From assembly GCA_964016885.1 (NCBI GenBank), contig OZ024743.1, positions 131,254,001 through 131,318,000 on the forward strand: a DNA stretch of 64,000 nucleotides. Reading direction: 5' to 3'. The notes beneath the pieces are model-generated. The model made no database searches. It had not been told where the DNA came from and saw only the letters and a list, made by a program, of their open reading frames with translations. Numbering within the stretch: the stretch's first letter is position 1; every line of letters starts with the position of its first letter. The position numbers were made by a program, and so were the translations under genes. Positions 35,840-47,420 of the stretch are shown here, piece by piece. This DNA comes from Eledone cirrhosa. Taxonomy: Eukaryota.

Positions 35840-38800
35840 GGTGCTTGGTGTTTGGTGCTTGGTGCTTGGTGTTTGGTGCCTGGTGCTTGGTGTTTGGTGT
35901 TTGGTGTTTGGTGCTTGGTGCTTGGTGTTTGGTGTTAGCTGTTTGCTGTTTGGTGTTTGTTGTTTGGTGTTTGTTGTTTGGTGTTTGCTGTTTGGTGTTT
36001 GGTGTTTGCTTTTTGGTGTTTGGTGTTTGGTGTTTGGTGCTTGGTGCTTGGTGTTTGGTGCTTGGTGCTTGGTGTTTGGTGCCTGGTGCTTGGTGCATGG
36101 TGCTTGGTGTTTGGTGTTTGGTGCTTGGTGCTTGGAGTTTGGTGTTTGGTGCTTGGTGCTTGGTGTTTCGTGTTTCGTGTTTGGTTTTTGGTGCTTGGTG
36201 CTTGGTGCTTGGTCCTTGGTGTTTGGTGCTGGGTGCATTGTGTTTGGTGCTTGGCGCTTGGTGCTTGGTGCTTGGTGTTTGGTGTTTGCTGCTTGGTGTT
36301 TGATGCTTGGTGCTTGGTGCTTGGTGTTTTGCGCTTGGTGCTTGGTGCTTGGTGTTTGGTGCTTCGTGCTTGGTGCTTGGTGTTTGTACTTGGTGCTTGG
36401 TGATTGGTGTTTGGTTCTTGGTTCTTGGTGTTTGGTGTTTGGCGTTTGGTGTTTGGTGCTTGGTGCTTGGTGTTTGGTGCTTGGTGCTTGGTGTTTGGTG
36501 CCTGGTGCTTGGTGCTTGGTGTTTGGTGTTTGGTGCTTGGTGCTTGGTGCTTGGAGTTTGGTGTTTGGTGCTTGGTGCTTTGTGTTTTGTGTTTGGTGTT
36601 TGGTTTTTGGTGCTTGGTGCTTGGTCCTTGGTGTTTGGTGCTGGGTGCTTTGTGTTTGGTGCTTGGTGCTTGGTGTTTGGTGTTTGCTGCTTGGTGTTTG
36701 ATGCTTGGTGCTTGGTGCTTGGTGTTTTGTGTTTGGTGCTTGGTTCTTGGTGTTTGGTGCTTGGTGCTTGGTACTTGGTGTTTGTACTTGGTGCTTGGTG
36801 CTTGGTGTTTGGTTCTTGGTTCTTGGTGTTTGGTACTTGGTGCTTGGTGCTTGATGTTTGGTGTTTGGTGCTTGGTGTTTGGTGCTTGGTGCTTGGTGCT
36901 TGGTGTTATGTGTTTGGTGCTTGGTCCTTGGTGTTTGGTGCTTGGTGTTTGGTGTTTGCTGTTTGGTGTTTGGTGTTTCGTGTTTGGTGTTTGCTGTTTG
37001 GTGTCTGCTTTTTGGTGTTTAGTGTTTGCTGTATGGTGTTTGGTGTTTGCTGTTTGGTGTTTGGTCTTTGGTGCTTGGTGTTTGGTGCTTGGTGCTTGGT
37101 GTTTGGTGTTTGGTGCTTGGTGCTTGGTGTTTGGTGTTTGGTGCTTGGTGTTTGGTGTTTGGTGCTTGGTGTCTGGTGCTTGGTGTTTGGTTTTTGGTGT
37201 TTGGTGTTTAGTGTTTGGTGCTTGGTGTTTGGTGTTTGGTGTTTGGTGCTTGGTGCTTGGTGTTTGGTGTTTGGTGTTTGGTGCTTGGTGTCTGGTGCTT
37301 GGTGTTTGGTGCTTGGTGTCTGGTGCTTGGTGTTTGGTGTTTGGTGCTTGGTGTTTGGTGTTTGGTGTTTGGTGCTTGGTGCTTGGTGCTTGGTGTTTGG
37401 TGTTTGGTGCTTGGTGCTTGGTGTTTGGTGCTTGGTGCTGGGTGGTTGGTGTTTGGTGCTTGGTGTTAGGTGCTGGGTGCTTGGTGTTTGGTGCTGGGTG
37501 CTTGGTATTTGGTGCTTGGTGCTTGGTCTTTGGTGCTTGGTGTTTGGTGCTTGGTGCTTGGTGTTTGGTGCTTGGTGCTTGGTGTTTGGTGCTTGGTGCT
37601 TGGTGTTTGGTTTTTGGTGCTTGGTGCTTGGTGTTTGGTGTTTGGTGCTTGCTGCTGGCTGCTTGGTGTTTGATGCATGGTGATTGGTGCTTGCTGTTTG
37701 GTGCTTGGTGTTTGGTGTTTGATGCTTGGTGCTTGGTGCTTGGTGTTTGGTGCTTGGTGCTTGGTGCTTGGTGTTTGGTGCTTGGTGTTTGGTGCTTGGT
37801 GTTTGGTGCTTGGTGCTTGGTGCTTGGTGCTTGGTGTTTGGTGGTTGGTGCTTGGTGCTTGGTGTTAGGTGTTTGGTGCTTGGTGCTTGCTGGTTGGTAT
37901 TTGGTGCTTGGTGTTTGGTGCTGGGTGCTTGGTTTTTGGTGCTGGGTGCTTGGTGTTTGGTGCTTGGTGCTTGTTCTTTGGTGCTTTGTGTTTGGTGTTT
38001 GGTGCTTGGTGCTTGGTGTTTGGTGTTTGGTGCTTGGTGTTTGGTGCTTGGTGCTTGGTGTTTGGTTTTTGGTGCTTGGTGTTTGGTGTTTGGTGTTTGG
38101 TGCTTGCTGCTGGCTGCTTGGTGTTTGATGCATGGTGATTTGTGCTTGGTGTTTGGTGCTTGGTGTTTGGTGTTTGATGCTTGGTGCTTGGTGTTTGGTG
38201 TTTGATGCTTGGTGCTTGGTGCTTGGTGTTTGGTGCTTGGTGTTTGGTGTTTGGTGCTTGGTCATTGGTGTTTCTACTTGGTGCTTGGTGCTTGGTTCTT
38301 GGTGTTTGGTGCTTGGTGCTTGGTGTTTGGTGTTATATGCTTGGTGTTTGATGCTTGGTGCTTGGTGCTTGGTGTTTGGTGTTTGGTGTTAGATGCTTGG
38401 TGCTTGGTGTTTGGTGCTTGGTGCTTGGTGTTTGTACTTGGTGCTTGGTGCTTGGTGCTTGGTGTTTGGTGCTTGGTATTTGGTGCTTGGTGCTTGGTGC
38501 TTGGTCCTTGGTGCTTGGTGTTTGGTGGTTGGTGTTTGGTGGTTGGTGTTAGGTGTTTGGTGCTTGGTGCTTGGTGTTTGGTGTTTGGTGCTTGGTGTTT
38601 GGTGTTTGGTGCTTGGTGTTTGGTGCTTGGTACTTGGTGCTTGGTGCTTGGTGTTAGGTGTTTGGTGCTTGGTGTTTGGTGCTTGGTGTTTGGTGCTTGG
38701 TGCTTGGTGCTTGGTGCTTGGTGTTTGGTGGTTGGTGTTTGGTGCTTGGTGTTTGGTGCTTGGTGTTACGTGTTTGGTGCTTGGTGCTTGGTGTTTGGTG

Positions 38801-39100
38801 TTTGGTGCTTGGTGTTTGGTGTTTGGTGCTTGGTGTTTGGTGCTTTTTGCTTGGTGCTTGGTGCTTGGTGTTTGGTGCTGGGTGCTTGGTGCTTGGTGTT
38901 TGGTGTTATATGCTTGGTGTTTGATGCTTGGTGCTTGGTGCTTGGTGTTTGGTGTTTGGTGCTTGGTGTTTGATGCTTGGTGTTTGGTGCTTGGTGTTTG
39001 GTGCTTGGTGCTTGGTGTTTGGTGCTTGGTGCTTGGTGTTTGGTGCTTGGTGTTTGGTGCTTGGTGTTTGGTGCTTGGTGCTTGGTGCTTGGTGCTTGGT
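35840..39100 (+). repeat. Diverged paralogue of ~16270-19250 (offset ~19.6-19.9 kb)
   Basis: Same marker order: 16686/36307, 17965/37677, 18559/38393, 19062/38928. The CTGCTTT-type island relic occurs at ~17383 and ~37005. Confidence 0.75.
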
Positions 39101-39249
39101 GTTTGGTGTTTGGTGCTTGGTGTTTGGTGCTTGGTACTTGGTGCTTGGTGCTTGGTGTTAGGTGTTTGGTGCTTGGTGCTTGGTGTCTGGTTTTTGGTGC
39201 TTGGTGCTTGGTGTTTGGTGCTTGCTGCTGGCTGCTTGGTGTTTGGTGC

Positions 39250-42200
39250 TTGGTGATTGGTGCTTGGTGTTTGGTGTTTGGTGCTAGGTGCTTGGTGTTT
39301 GGTGCTTGGTGCTTGGTGTTTGTACTTGGTGCTTGGTGCTTGGTTCTTGGTGTTTGGTGCTTCGTGCTTGGTGTTTGGTGCTTGGTGCTTGGTGTTTGGT
39401 GCTTGGTGTTTGGTGCTTGGTGTTTGGTGCTTGGTGCTTGGTGCTTGGTGTTTGGTGCTTGGTGTTTGGTGCTTGGTGTTAGGTGTTTGGTGCTTGGTGC
39501 TTGGTGTTTGGTGTTTGGTGCTTGGTGTTTGGTGTTTGGTGTTATATGCTTGGTGTTTGATGCTTGGTGCTTGGTGCTTGGTGTTTGGCGCTTGGTGTTT
39601 GATGCTTGGTGCTTGGTGCTTGGTGTTTGGTGCTTGGTGCTTGGTGTTTGTACTTGGTGCTTGGTGCTTGGTTCTTGGTGTTTGGTGCTTGGTGTTTGGT
39701 GTTTGGTGCTTGGTGTTTGGTGTTTGTTGTTATATGCTTGGTGTTTGATGCTTGGTGCTTGGTGCTTGGTGTTTGGTGCTTGGTGTTTGATGCTTGGTGC
39801 TTGGTGCTTGGTGTTTGGTGCTTGGTGCTTGGTGTTTGTACTTGGTGCTTGGTGCTTGGTTCTTGGTGTTTGGTACTTGGTGCTTGGTGTTTGGTGCTTG
39901 GTGCTTGGTGTTTGGTGCTTGGTGTTTGGTGCTTGGTGTTTGGTGCTTGGTGCTTGGTGCTTAGTGCTTGGTGTTTGGTGCTTGGTGTTAGGTGTTTGGT
40001 GCTTGGTGCTTGGTGTTTGGTGTTTGGTGCTTGGTGTTTGGTGCTTGGTGTTTGGTGTTAGGTGTTTGGTGCTTGGTGTTTGGTGTTTGGTGCTTGGTGT
40101 TTGGTGCTTGGTGTTTGGTGCTTGATGTTTGGTGCTTGATACTTGGTGCTTGGTGCTTCGTGTTAGGTGTTTGGTGCTTGGTGCTTGGTGTTTGGTTTTT
40201 GGTGCTTGGTGCTTGGTGTTTGGTGTTTGGTGCTTGCTGCTGGCTGCTTGGTGTTTGATGCTTGGTGCTTGGTGCTTGGTGTTTGGTGCTTGGTGTTTGA
40301 TGCTTGGTGCTTGGTGCTTGGTGTTTGGTGCTTGGTGCTTGGTGTTTGTACTTGGTGCTTGGTGCTTGGTTCTTGGTGTTTGGTACTTGGTGCTTGGTGC
40401 TTGGTGCTTGGTGTTTGGTTTTTGGTGCTTGGTGCTAGGTGCTTGGTGTTTGGTGCTTGGTGCTTGGTGCTTGGTGTTTGGTGTTTGGTTTTAGGTGCTT
40501 GGTGCTTGGTGTTTGGTGCTTGGTGCTGGGTGGTTGGTGTTTAGTGCTTGGTGTTTGGTGCTGGGTGCTTGGTGTTTGGTGCTTGGTGCTTGGTCTTTGG
40601 TGCTTGGTGTTTGGTGTTTGGTGCTTGGTGCTTGGTGCTTGGTGTTTGGTGCTTGGTGATTGGTGTTTGGTGCTTGGTGCTTAGTGTTTGGTGCTTGGTG
40701 CTTAGTGTTTGGTGTTTGGTGCTTGGTGCTTGGTGTTTGGTGCTTAGTGTTTGGTGCTTGGTGCTTGGTGTTTGGTGTTTGCTGTTTGCTGTTTGGTGTT
40801 TGTTGTTTGGTGTTTGTTGTTTGGTGTTTGCTGTTTGGTGTTTGGTGTTTGCTTTTTGGTGTTTGGTGTTTGCTGTATGTTGTTTGGTGTTTGGTGTTTG
40901 GTGTTTGGTGTTTGGTGCTTGTTGCTTGGTGTTTGGTGCTTGGTGCTTGGTGTTTGGTGCCTGGTGCTTGGTGCTTGGTGCTTGGTGTTTGGTGTTTGGT
41001 GCTTGGTGCTTGGAGTTTGGTGTTTGGTGCTTGGTGCTTGGTGTTTCGTGTTTCGTGTTTGGTTTTTGGTGCTTGGTGCTTGGTGCTTGGTCCTTGGTGT
41101 TTGGTGCTGGGTGCATTGTGTTTGGTGCTTGGGGCTTGGTGCTTGGTGTTTGGTGTTTGCTGCTTGGTGTTTGATGCTTGGTGCTTGGTGTTTGGTGCTT
41201 GGTGCTTGGTGCTTGGTGTTTGGTTCTTGGTTCTTGGTGTTTGGTGTTTGGCGTTTGGTGTTTGGTGGTTGGTGCTTGGTGTTTGGTGCTTGGTGCTTGG
41301 TGTTTGGTGCCTGGTGCTTGGTGCTTGGTGCTTGGTGTTTGGTGTTTGGTGCTTGGTGCTTGGTGCTTGGAGTTTGTTGTTTGGTGCTTGGTGCTTTGTG
41401 TTTTGTGTTTGGTGTTTGGTTTTTGGTGCTTGGTGCTTGGTCATTGGTGTTTGGTGCTGGGTGCTTTGTGTTTTGTGCTTGGTGCTTGGTGTTTGGTGTT
41501 TGCTGCTTGGTGTTTGATGCTTGGTGCTTGGTGCTTGGTGTTTTGTGTTTGGTGCTTGGTTCTTGGTGTTTGGTGCTTGGTGCTTGGTACTTGGTGTTTG
41601 TACTTGGTGCTTGGTGCTTGGTGTTTGGTTCTTGGTTCTTGGTGTTTGGTACTTGGTGCTTGGTGCTTGATGTTTGGTGTTTGGTGCTTGGTGTTTGGTG
41701 CTTGGTACTTGGTGCTTGGTGCTTGGTCCTTGGTGTTTGGTGTTTGGTGCTTGCTGCTGGCTGCTTGGTGTTTGATGCTTGGTGATTGGTGCTTGGTGTT
41801 TTGTGCTTGGTGTTTGGTGTTTGGTGCTAGGTTCTTGGTGTTTGGGGCTTGGTGCTTGGTGCTTGGTGTTTGGTGTTTGGTGTTAGGTGCTTGATGCTTG
41901 GTGTTTGGTGCTTGGTGCTGAGTGGTTGGTGTTTAGTGCTTGGTGTTTGGTGCTGGGTGCTTGGTGTTTGGTGCTTGGTGCTTGGTCTTTGGTGCTTGGT
42001 GTTTGGTGTTTGGTGCTTGGTGCTTGGTCCTTGGTGTTTGGTGCTTGGTGCTTGGTGTTTGGTGCTTGGTGCTTAGTGTTTGGTGCTTGGTGCTTAGTGT
42101 TTGGTGCTAGGTGCTTGGTGTTTGGTGCTTGGTGCTTGGTGTTTGGTGCCTGGTGCTTGGTGTTTGGTGTTTGGTGTTTGGTGCTTGGTGCTTGGTGTTT

Positions 42201-45200
42201 GGTGTTTGCTGTTTGCTGTTTGGTGCTTGTTGTTTGGTGTTTGTTGTTTGGTGTTTGCTGTTTGGTGTTTGGTGTTTGCTTTTTGGTGTTTGGTGTTTGC
42301 TGTATGTTGTTTGGTGTTTGGTGTTTGGTGTTTGGTGTTTGGTGCTTGGTGCTTGCTGCTGGCTGCTTGGTGCTTGGTGTTTGGTGCCTGGTGCTTGGTG
42401 CTTGGTGCTTGGTGTTTGGTGTTTGGTGCTTGGTGCTTGGAGTTTGGTGTTTGGTGCTTGGTGCTTGGTATTTCGTGTTTCGTGTTTGATTTTTGGTGCT
42501 TGGTGCTTGGTGCTTGGTCCTTGGTGTTTGGTGCTGGGTGCTTGGTGTTTGGTGCTTGGTGCTTGGTCTTTGGTGCTTTGTGTTTGGTGCTTGGTGCTTG
42601 GTGTTTGGTGCTTGGTGCTTGGTGTTTGGTGCTTGGTGCTTGGTGTTTGGTTTTTGGTGCTTGGTGTTTGGTGTTTGGTGTTTGGTGCTTGCTGCTGGCT
42701 GCTTGGTGTTTGATGCATGGTGATTTGTGCTTGGTGTTTGGTGCTTGGTGTTTGGTGTTTGATGCTTGGTGCTTGGTGTTTGGTGTTTGATGCTTGGTGC
42801 TTGGTGCTTGGTGTTAGGTGTTTGGTGCTTGGTGTTTGGTGCTTGGTGTTTGGTGCTTGGTGCTTGGTGCTTGGTGCTTGGTGTTTGGTGGTTGGTGTTT
42901 GGTGCTTGGTGATTGGTGCTTGGTGTTTGGTGTTTGGTGCTAGGTGCTTGGTGTTTGGTGCTTGGTGCTTGGTGTTTGTACTTGGTGCTTGGTGCTTGGT
43001 TCTTGGTGTTTGGTGCTTCGTGCTTGGTGTTTGGTGCTTGGTGCTTGGTGTTTGGTGCTTGGTGTTTGGTGCTTGGTGTTTGGTGCTTGGTGCTTGGTGC
43101 TTGGTGTTTGGTGCTTGGTGTTTGGTGCTTGGTGTTAGGTGTTTGGTGCTTGGTGCTTGGTGTTTGGTGTTTGGTGCTTGGTGTTTGGTGTTTGGTGTTA
43201 TATGCTTGGTGTTTGATGCTTGGTGCTTGGTGCTTGGTGTTTGGCGCTTGGTGTTTGATGCTTGGTGCTTGGTGCTTGGTGTTTGGTGCTTGGTGCTTGG
43301 TGTTTGTACTTGGTGCTTGGTGCTTGGTTCTTGGTGTTTGGTGCTTGGTGTTTGGTGTTTGGTGCTTGGTGTTTGGTGTTTGGTGTTATATGCTTGGTGT
43401 TTGATGCTTGGTGCTTGGTGCTTGGTGTTTGGTGCTTGGTGTTTGATGCTTGGTGCTTGGTGCTTGGTGTTTGGTGCTTGGTGCTTGGTGTTTGTACTTG
43501 GTGCTTGCTGCTTGGTTCTTGGTGTTTGGTACTTGGTGCTTGGTGTTTGGTGCTTGGTGCTTGGTGTTTGGTGCTTGGTGTTTGGTGCTTGGTGTTTGGT
43601 GCTTGGTGCTTGGTGCTTAGTGCTTGGTGTTTGGTGCTTGGTGTTAGGTGTTTGGTGCTTGGTGCTTGGTGTTTGGTGTTTGGTGCTTGGTGTTTGGTGC
43701 TTGGTGTTTGGTTTTAGGTGTTTGGTGCTTGGTGTTTGGTGTTTGGTGCTTGGTGTTTGGTGCTTGGTGTTTGGTGCTTGATGTTTGGTGCTTGATACTT
43801 GGTGCTTCGTGTTAGGTGTTTGGTGCTTGGTGCTTGGTGTTTGGTTTTTGGTGCTTGGTGCTTGGTGTTTGGTGTTTGGTGCTTGCTGCTGGCTGCTTGG
43901 TGTTTGATGCTTGGTGATTGGTGCTTGGTGTTTTGTGCTTGGTGTTAGGTGTTTGGTGCTTGGTGCTTGGTGTTTGGTTTTTGGTGCTTGGTGCTAGGTG
44001 CTTGGTGTTTGGTGCTTGGTGCTTGGTGCTTGGTGTTTGGTGTTTGGTTTTAGGTGCTTGGTGCTGGGTGGTTGGTGTTTAGTGCTTGGTGTTTGGTGCT
44101 GGGTGCTTGGTGTTTGGTGCTTGGTGCTTGGTCTTTGGTGCTTGGTGTTTGGTGTTTGGTGCTTGGTGCTTGGTGCTTGGTGTTTGGTGCTTGGTGCTTG
44201 GTGTTTGGTGCTTGGTGCTTAGTGTTTGGTGCTTGGTGCTTAGTGTTTGGTGTTTGGTGCTTGGTGCTTGGTGTTTGGTGCTTAGTGTTTGGTGCTTGGT
44301 GCTTGGTGTTTGGCGTTTGCTGTTTGCTGTTTGGTGTTTGTTGTTTGGTGTTTGTTGTTTGGTGTTTGCTGTTTGGTGTTTGGTGTTTGCTTTTTGGTGT
44401 TTGGTGTTTGCTGTATGTTGTTTGGTGTTTGGTGTTTGGTGTTTGGTGTTTGGTGCTTGTTGCTTGGTGTTTGGTGCTTGGTGCTTGGTGTTTGGTGCCT
44501 GGTGCTTGGTGCTTGGTGCTTGGTGTTTGGTGTTTGGTGCTTGGTGCTTGGAGTTTGGTGTTTGGTGCTTGGTGCTTGGTGTTTCGTGTTTCGTGTTTGG
44601 TTTTTGGTGCTTGGTGCTTGGTGCTTGGTCCTTGGTGTTTGGTGCTGGGTGCATTGTGTTTGGTGCTTGGTTCTTGGTGCTTGGTGTTTGGTGTTTGCTG
44701 CTTGGTGTTTGATGCTTGGTGCTTGGTGGTTGGTGTTTTGTGTTTGGTGCTTGGTGCTTGGTGTTTGGTGCTTGGTGCTTGGTGCTTGGTGTTTGGTTCT
44801 TGGTTCTTGGTGTTTGGTGTTTGGCGTTTGGTGTTTGGTGGTTGGTGCTTGGTGTTTGGTGCTTGGTGCTTGGTGTTTGGTGCCTGGTGCTTGGTGCTTG
44901 GTGCTTGGTGTTTGGTGTTTGGTGCTTGGTGCTTGGTGCTTGGAGTTTGGTGTTTGGTGCTTGGTGCTTTGTGTTTTGTGTTTGGTGTTTGGTTTTTGGT
45001 GCTTGGTGCTTGGTCATTGGTGTTTGGTGCTGGGTGCTTTGTGTTTTGTGCTTGGTGCTTGGTGTTTGGTGTTTGCTGCTTGGTGTTTGATGCTTGGTGC
45101 TTGGTGCTTGGTGTTTTGTGTTTGGTGCTTGGTTCTTGGTGTTTGGTGCTTGGTGCTTGGTACTTGGTGTTTGTACTTGGTGCTTGGTGCTTGGTGTTTG

Positions 45201-46350
45201 GTTCTTGGTTCTTGGTGTTTGGTACTTGGTGCTTGGTGCTTGATGTTTGGTGTTTGGTGCTTGGTGTTTGGTGCTTGGTACTTGGTGCTTGGTGCTTGGT
45301 GTTAGGTGTTTGGTGCTTGGTGCTTGGTGTTTGGTTTTTGGTGCTTGGTGCTTGGTGTTTGGTGTTTGGTGCTTGCTGCTGGCTGCTTGGTGTTTGATGC
45401 TTGGTGATTGGTGCTTGGTGTTTTGTGCTTGGTGTTTGGTGTTTGGTGCTAGGTGCTTGGTGTTTGGGGCTTGGTGCTTGGTGCTTGGTGTTTGGTGTTT
45501 GGTGTTAGGTGCTTGATGCTTGGTGTTTGGTGCTTGGTGCTGAGTGGTTGGTGTTTAGTGCTTGGTGTTTGGTGCTGGGTGCTTGGTGTTTGGTGCTTGG
45601 TGCTTGGTCTTTGGTGCTTGGTGTTTGGTGTTTGGTGCTTGGTGCTTGGTCCTTGGTGTTTGGTGCTTGGTGTTTGGTGCTTGGTGCTTAGTGTTTGGTG
45701 CTTGGTGCTTAGTGTTTGGTGCTAGGTGCTTGGTGTTTGGTGCTTGGTGCTTGGTGTTTGGTGTTTGCTGTTTGCTGTTTGGTGCTTGTTGTTTGGTGTT
45801 TGTTGTTTGGTGTTTGCTGTTTGGTGTTTGGTGTTTGCTTTTTGGTGTTTGGTGTTTGCTGTATGTTGTTTGCTGTTTGGTGTTTGGTGTTTGGTGTTTG
45901 GTGCTTGGTGCTTGCTGCTGGCTGCTTGGTGCTTGGTGTTTGGTGCCTGGTGCTTGGTGCTTGGTGCTTGGTGTTTGGTGTCTGGTGCTTGGTGCTTGGA
46001 GTTTGGTGTTTGGTGCTTGGTGCTTGGTATTTCGTGTTTCGTGTTTGGTTTTTGGTGCTTGGTGCTTGGTGCTTGGTCCTTGGTGTTTGGTGCTGGGTGC
46101 TTGGTGTTTGGTGCTTGGTGCTTGGTCTTTGGTGCTTTGTGTTTGGTGCTTGGTGCTTGGTGTTTGGTGCTTGGTGCTTGGTGTTTGGTGCTTGGTGCTT
46201 GGTGTTTGGTTTTTGGTGCTTGGTGTTTGGTGTTTGGTGTTTGGTGCTTGCTGCTGGCTGCTTGGTGTTTGATGCATGGTGATTTGTGCTTGGTGTTTGG
46301 TGATTGGTGTTTGGTGTTTGATGCTTGGTGCTTGGTGTTTGGTGTTTGAT
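39250..46350 (+). repeat. ~3.6-kb tandem duplication
   Basis: ORF pairs 39257/42913, 39288/42944 and 39606/43262 (offset 3656); 40548/44086 (3538); 41887/45509 (3622). Both copies carry the private variant TGAGTGG. Confidence 0.85.
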
Positions 46351-47420
46351 GCTTGGTGCTTGGTGCTTGGTGCTTGGTGCTTGGTGTTTGGTGTTTGGTG
46401 CTTGGTGATTGGTGTTTCTACTTGGTGCTTGGTGCTTGGTTCTTGGTATTTGGTGCTTGGTGCTTGGTGTTTGGTGTTATATGCTTGGTGTTTGATGCTT
46501 GGTGCTTGGTGCTTGGTGTTTGGTGTTTGGTGTTTGATGCTTGGTGCTTGGTGTTTGGTGCTTGGTGCTTGGTGTTTGTACTTGGTGCTTGGTGCTTGGT
46601 GCTTGGTGTTTGGTGCTTGGTATTTGGTGCTTGGTGCTTGGTGCTTGGTCCTTGGTGCTTGGTGTTTGGTGGTTGGTGTTTGGTGGTTGGTGTTAGGTGT
46701 TTGGTGCTTGGTGCTTGCTGTTTGGTGTTTGGTGCTTGGTGTTTGGTGTTTGGTGCTTGGTGTTTGGTGCTTGGTACTTGGTGCTTGGTGCTTGGTGTTA
46801 GGTGTTTGGTGCTTGCTGTTTGGTGCTTGGTGTTTGGTGCTTGGTGCTTGGTGCTTGGTGCTTGGTGTTTGGTGGTTGGTGTTTGGTGCTTGGTGTTTGG
46901 TGCTTGGTGTTACGTGTTTGGTGCTTGGTGCTTGGTGTTTGGTGTTTGGTGCTTGGTGTTTGGTGTTTGGTGCTTGGTGTTTGGTGCTTTTTGCTTGGTG
47001 CTTGGTGCTTGGTGTTTGGTGCTGGGTGCTTGGTGCTTGGTGTTTGGTGTTATATGCTTGGTGTTTGATGCTTGGTGCTTGGTGCTTGGTGTTTGGTGTT
47101 TGGTGCTTGGTGTTTGATGCTTGGTGCTTGGTGCTTGGTGTTTGGTGTTTGGTGCTGGGTGTTTGGTGCTTGGTGCTTGGTGTTTGGTGCTTGGTGTTTG
47201 GTGCTTGGTGTTTGGTGCTTGGTGCTTGGTGCTTGGTGCTTGGTGTTTGGTGTTTGGTGCTTGGTGTTTGGTGCTTGGTACTTGGTGCTTGGTGCTTGGT
47301 GTTAGGTGTTTGGTACTTGGTGCTTGGTGTCTGGTTTTTGGTGCTTGGTGCTTGGTGTTTGGTGCTTGCTGCTGGCTGCTTGGTGTTTGGTGCTTGGTGA
47401 TTGGTGCTTGGTGTTTGGTG
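46130..47420 (+). repeat. Copy of ~37990-39280 at 8144-bp offset
   Basis: ORF pairs 38132/46276, 38209/46353, 38658/46802 and 38928/47072 are all offset by 8144. Confidence 0.85.
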
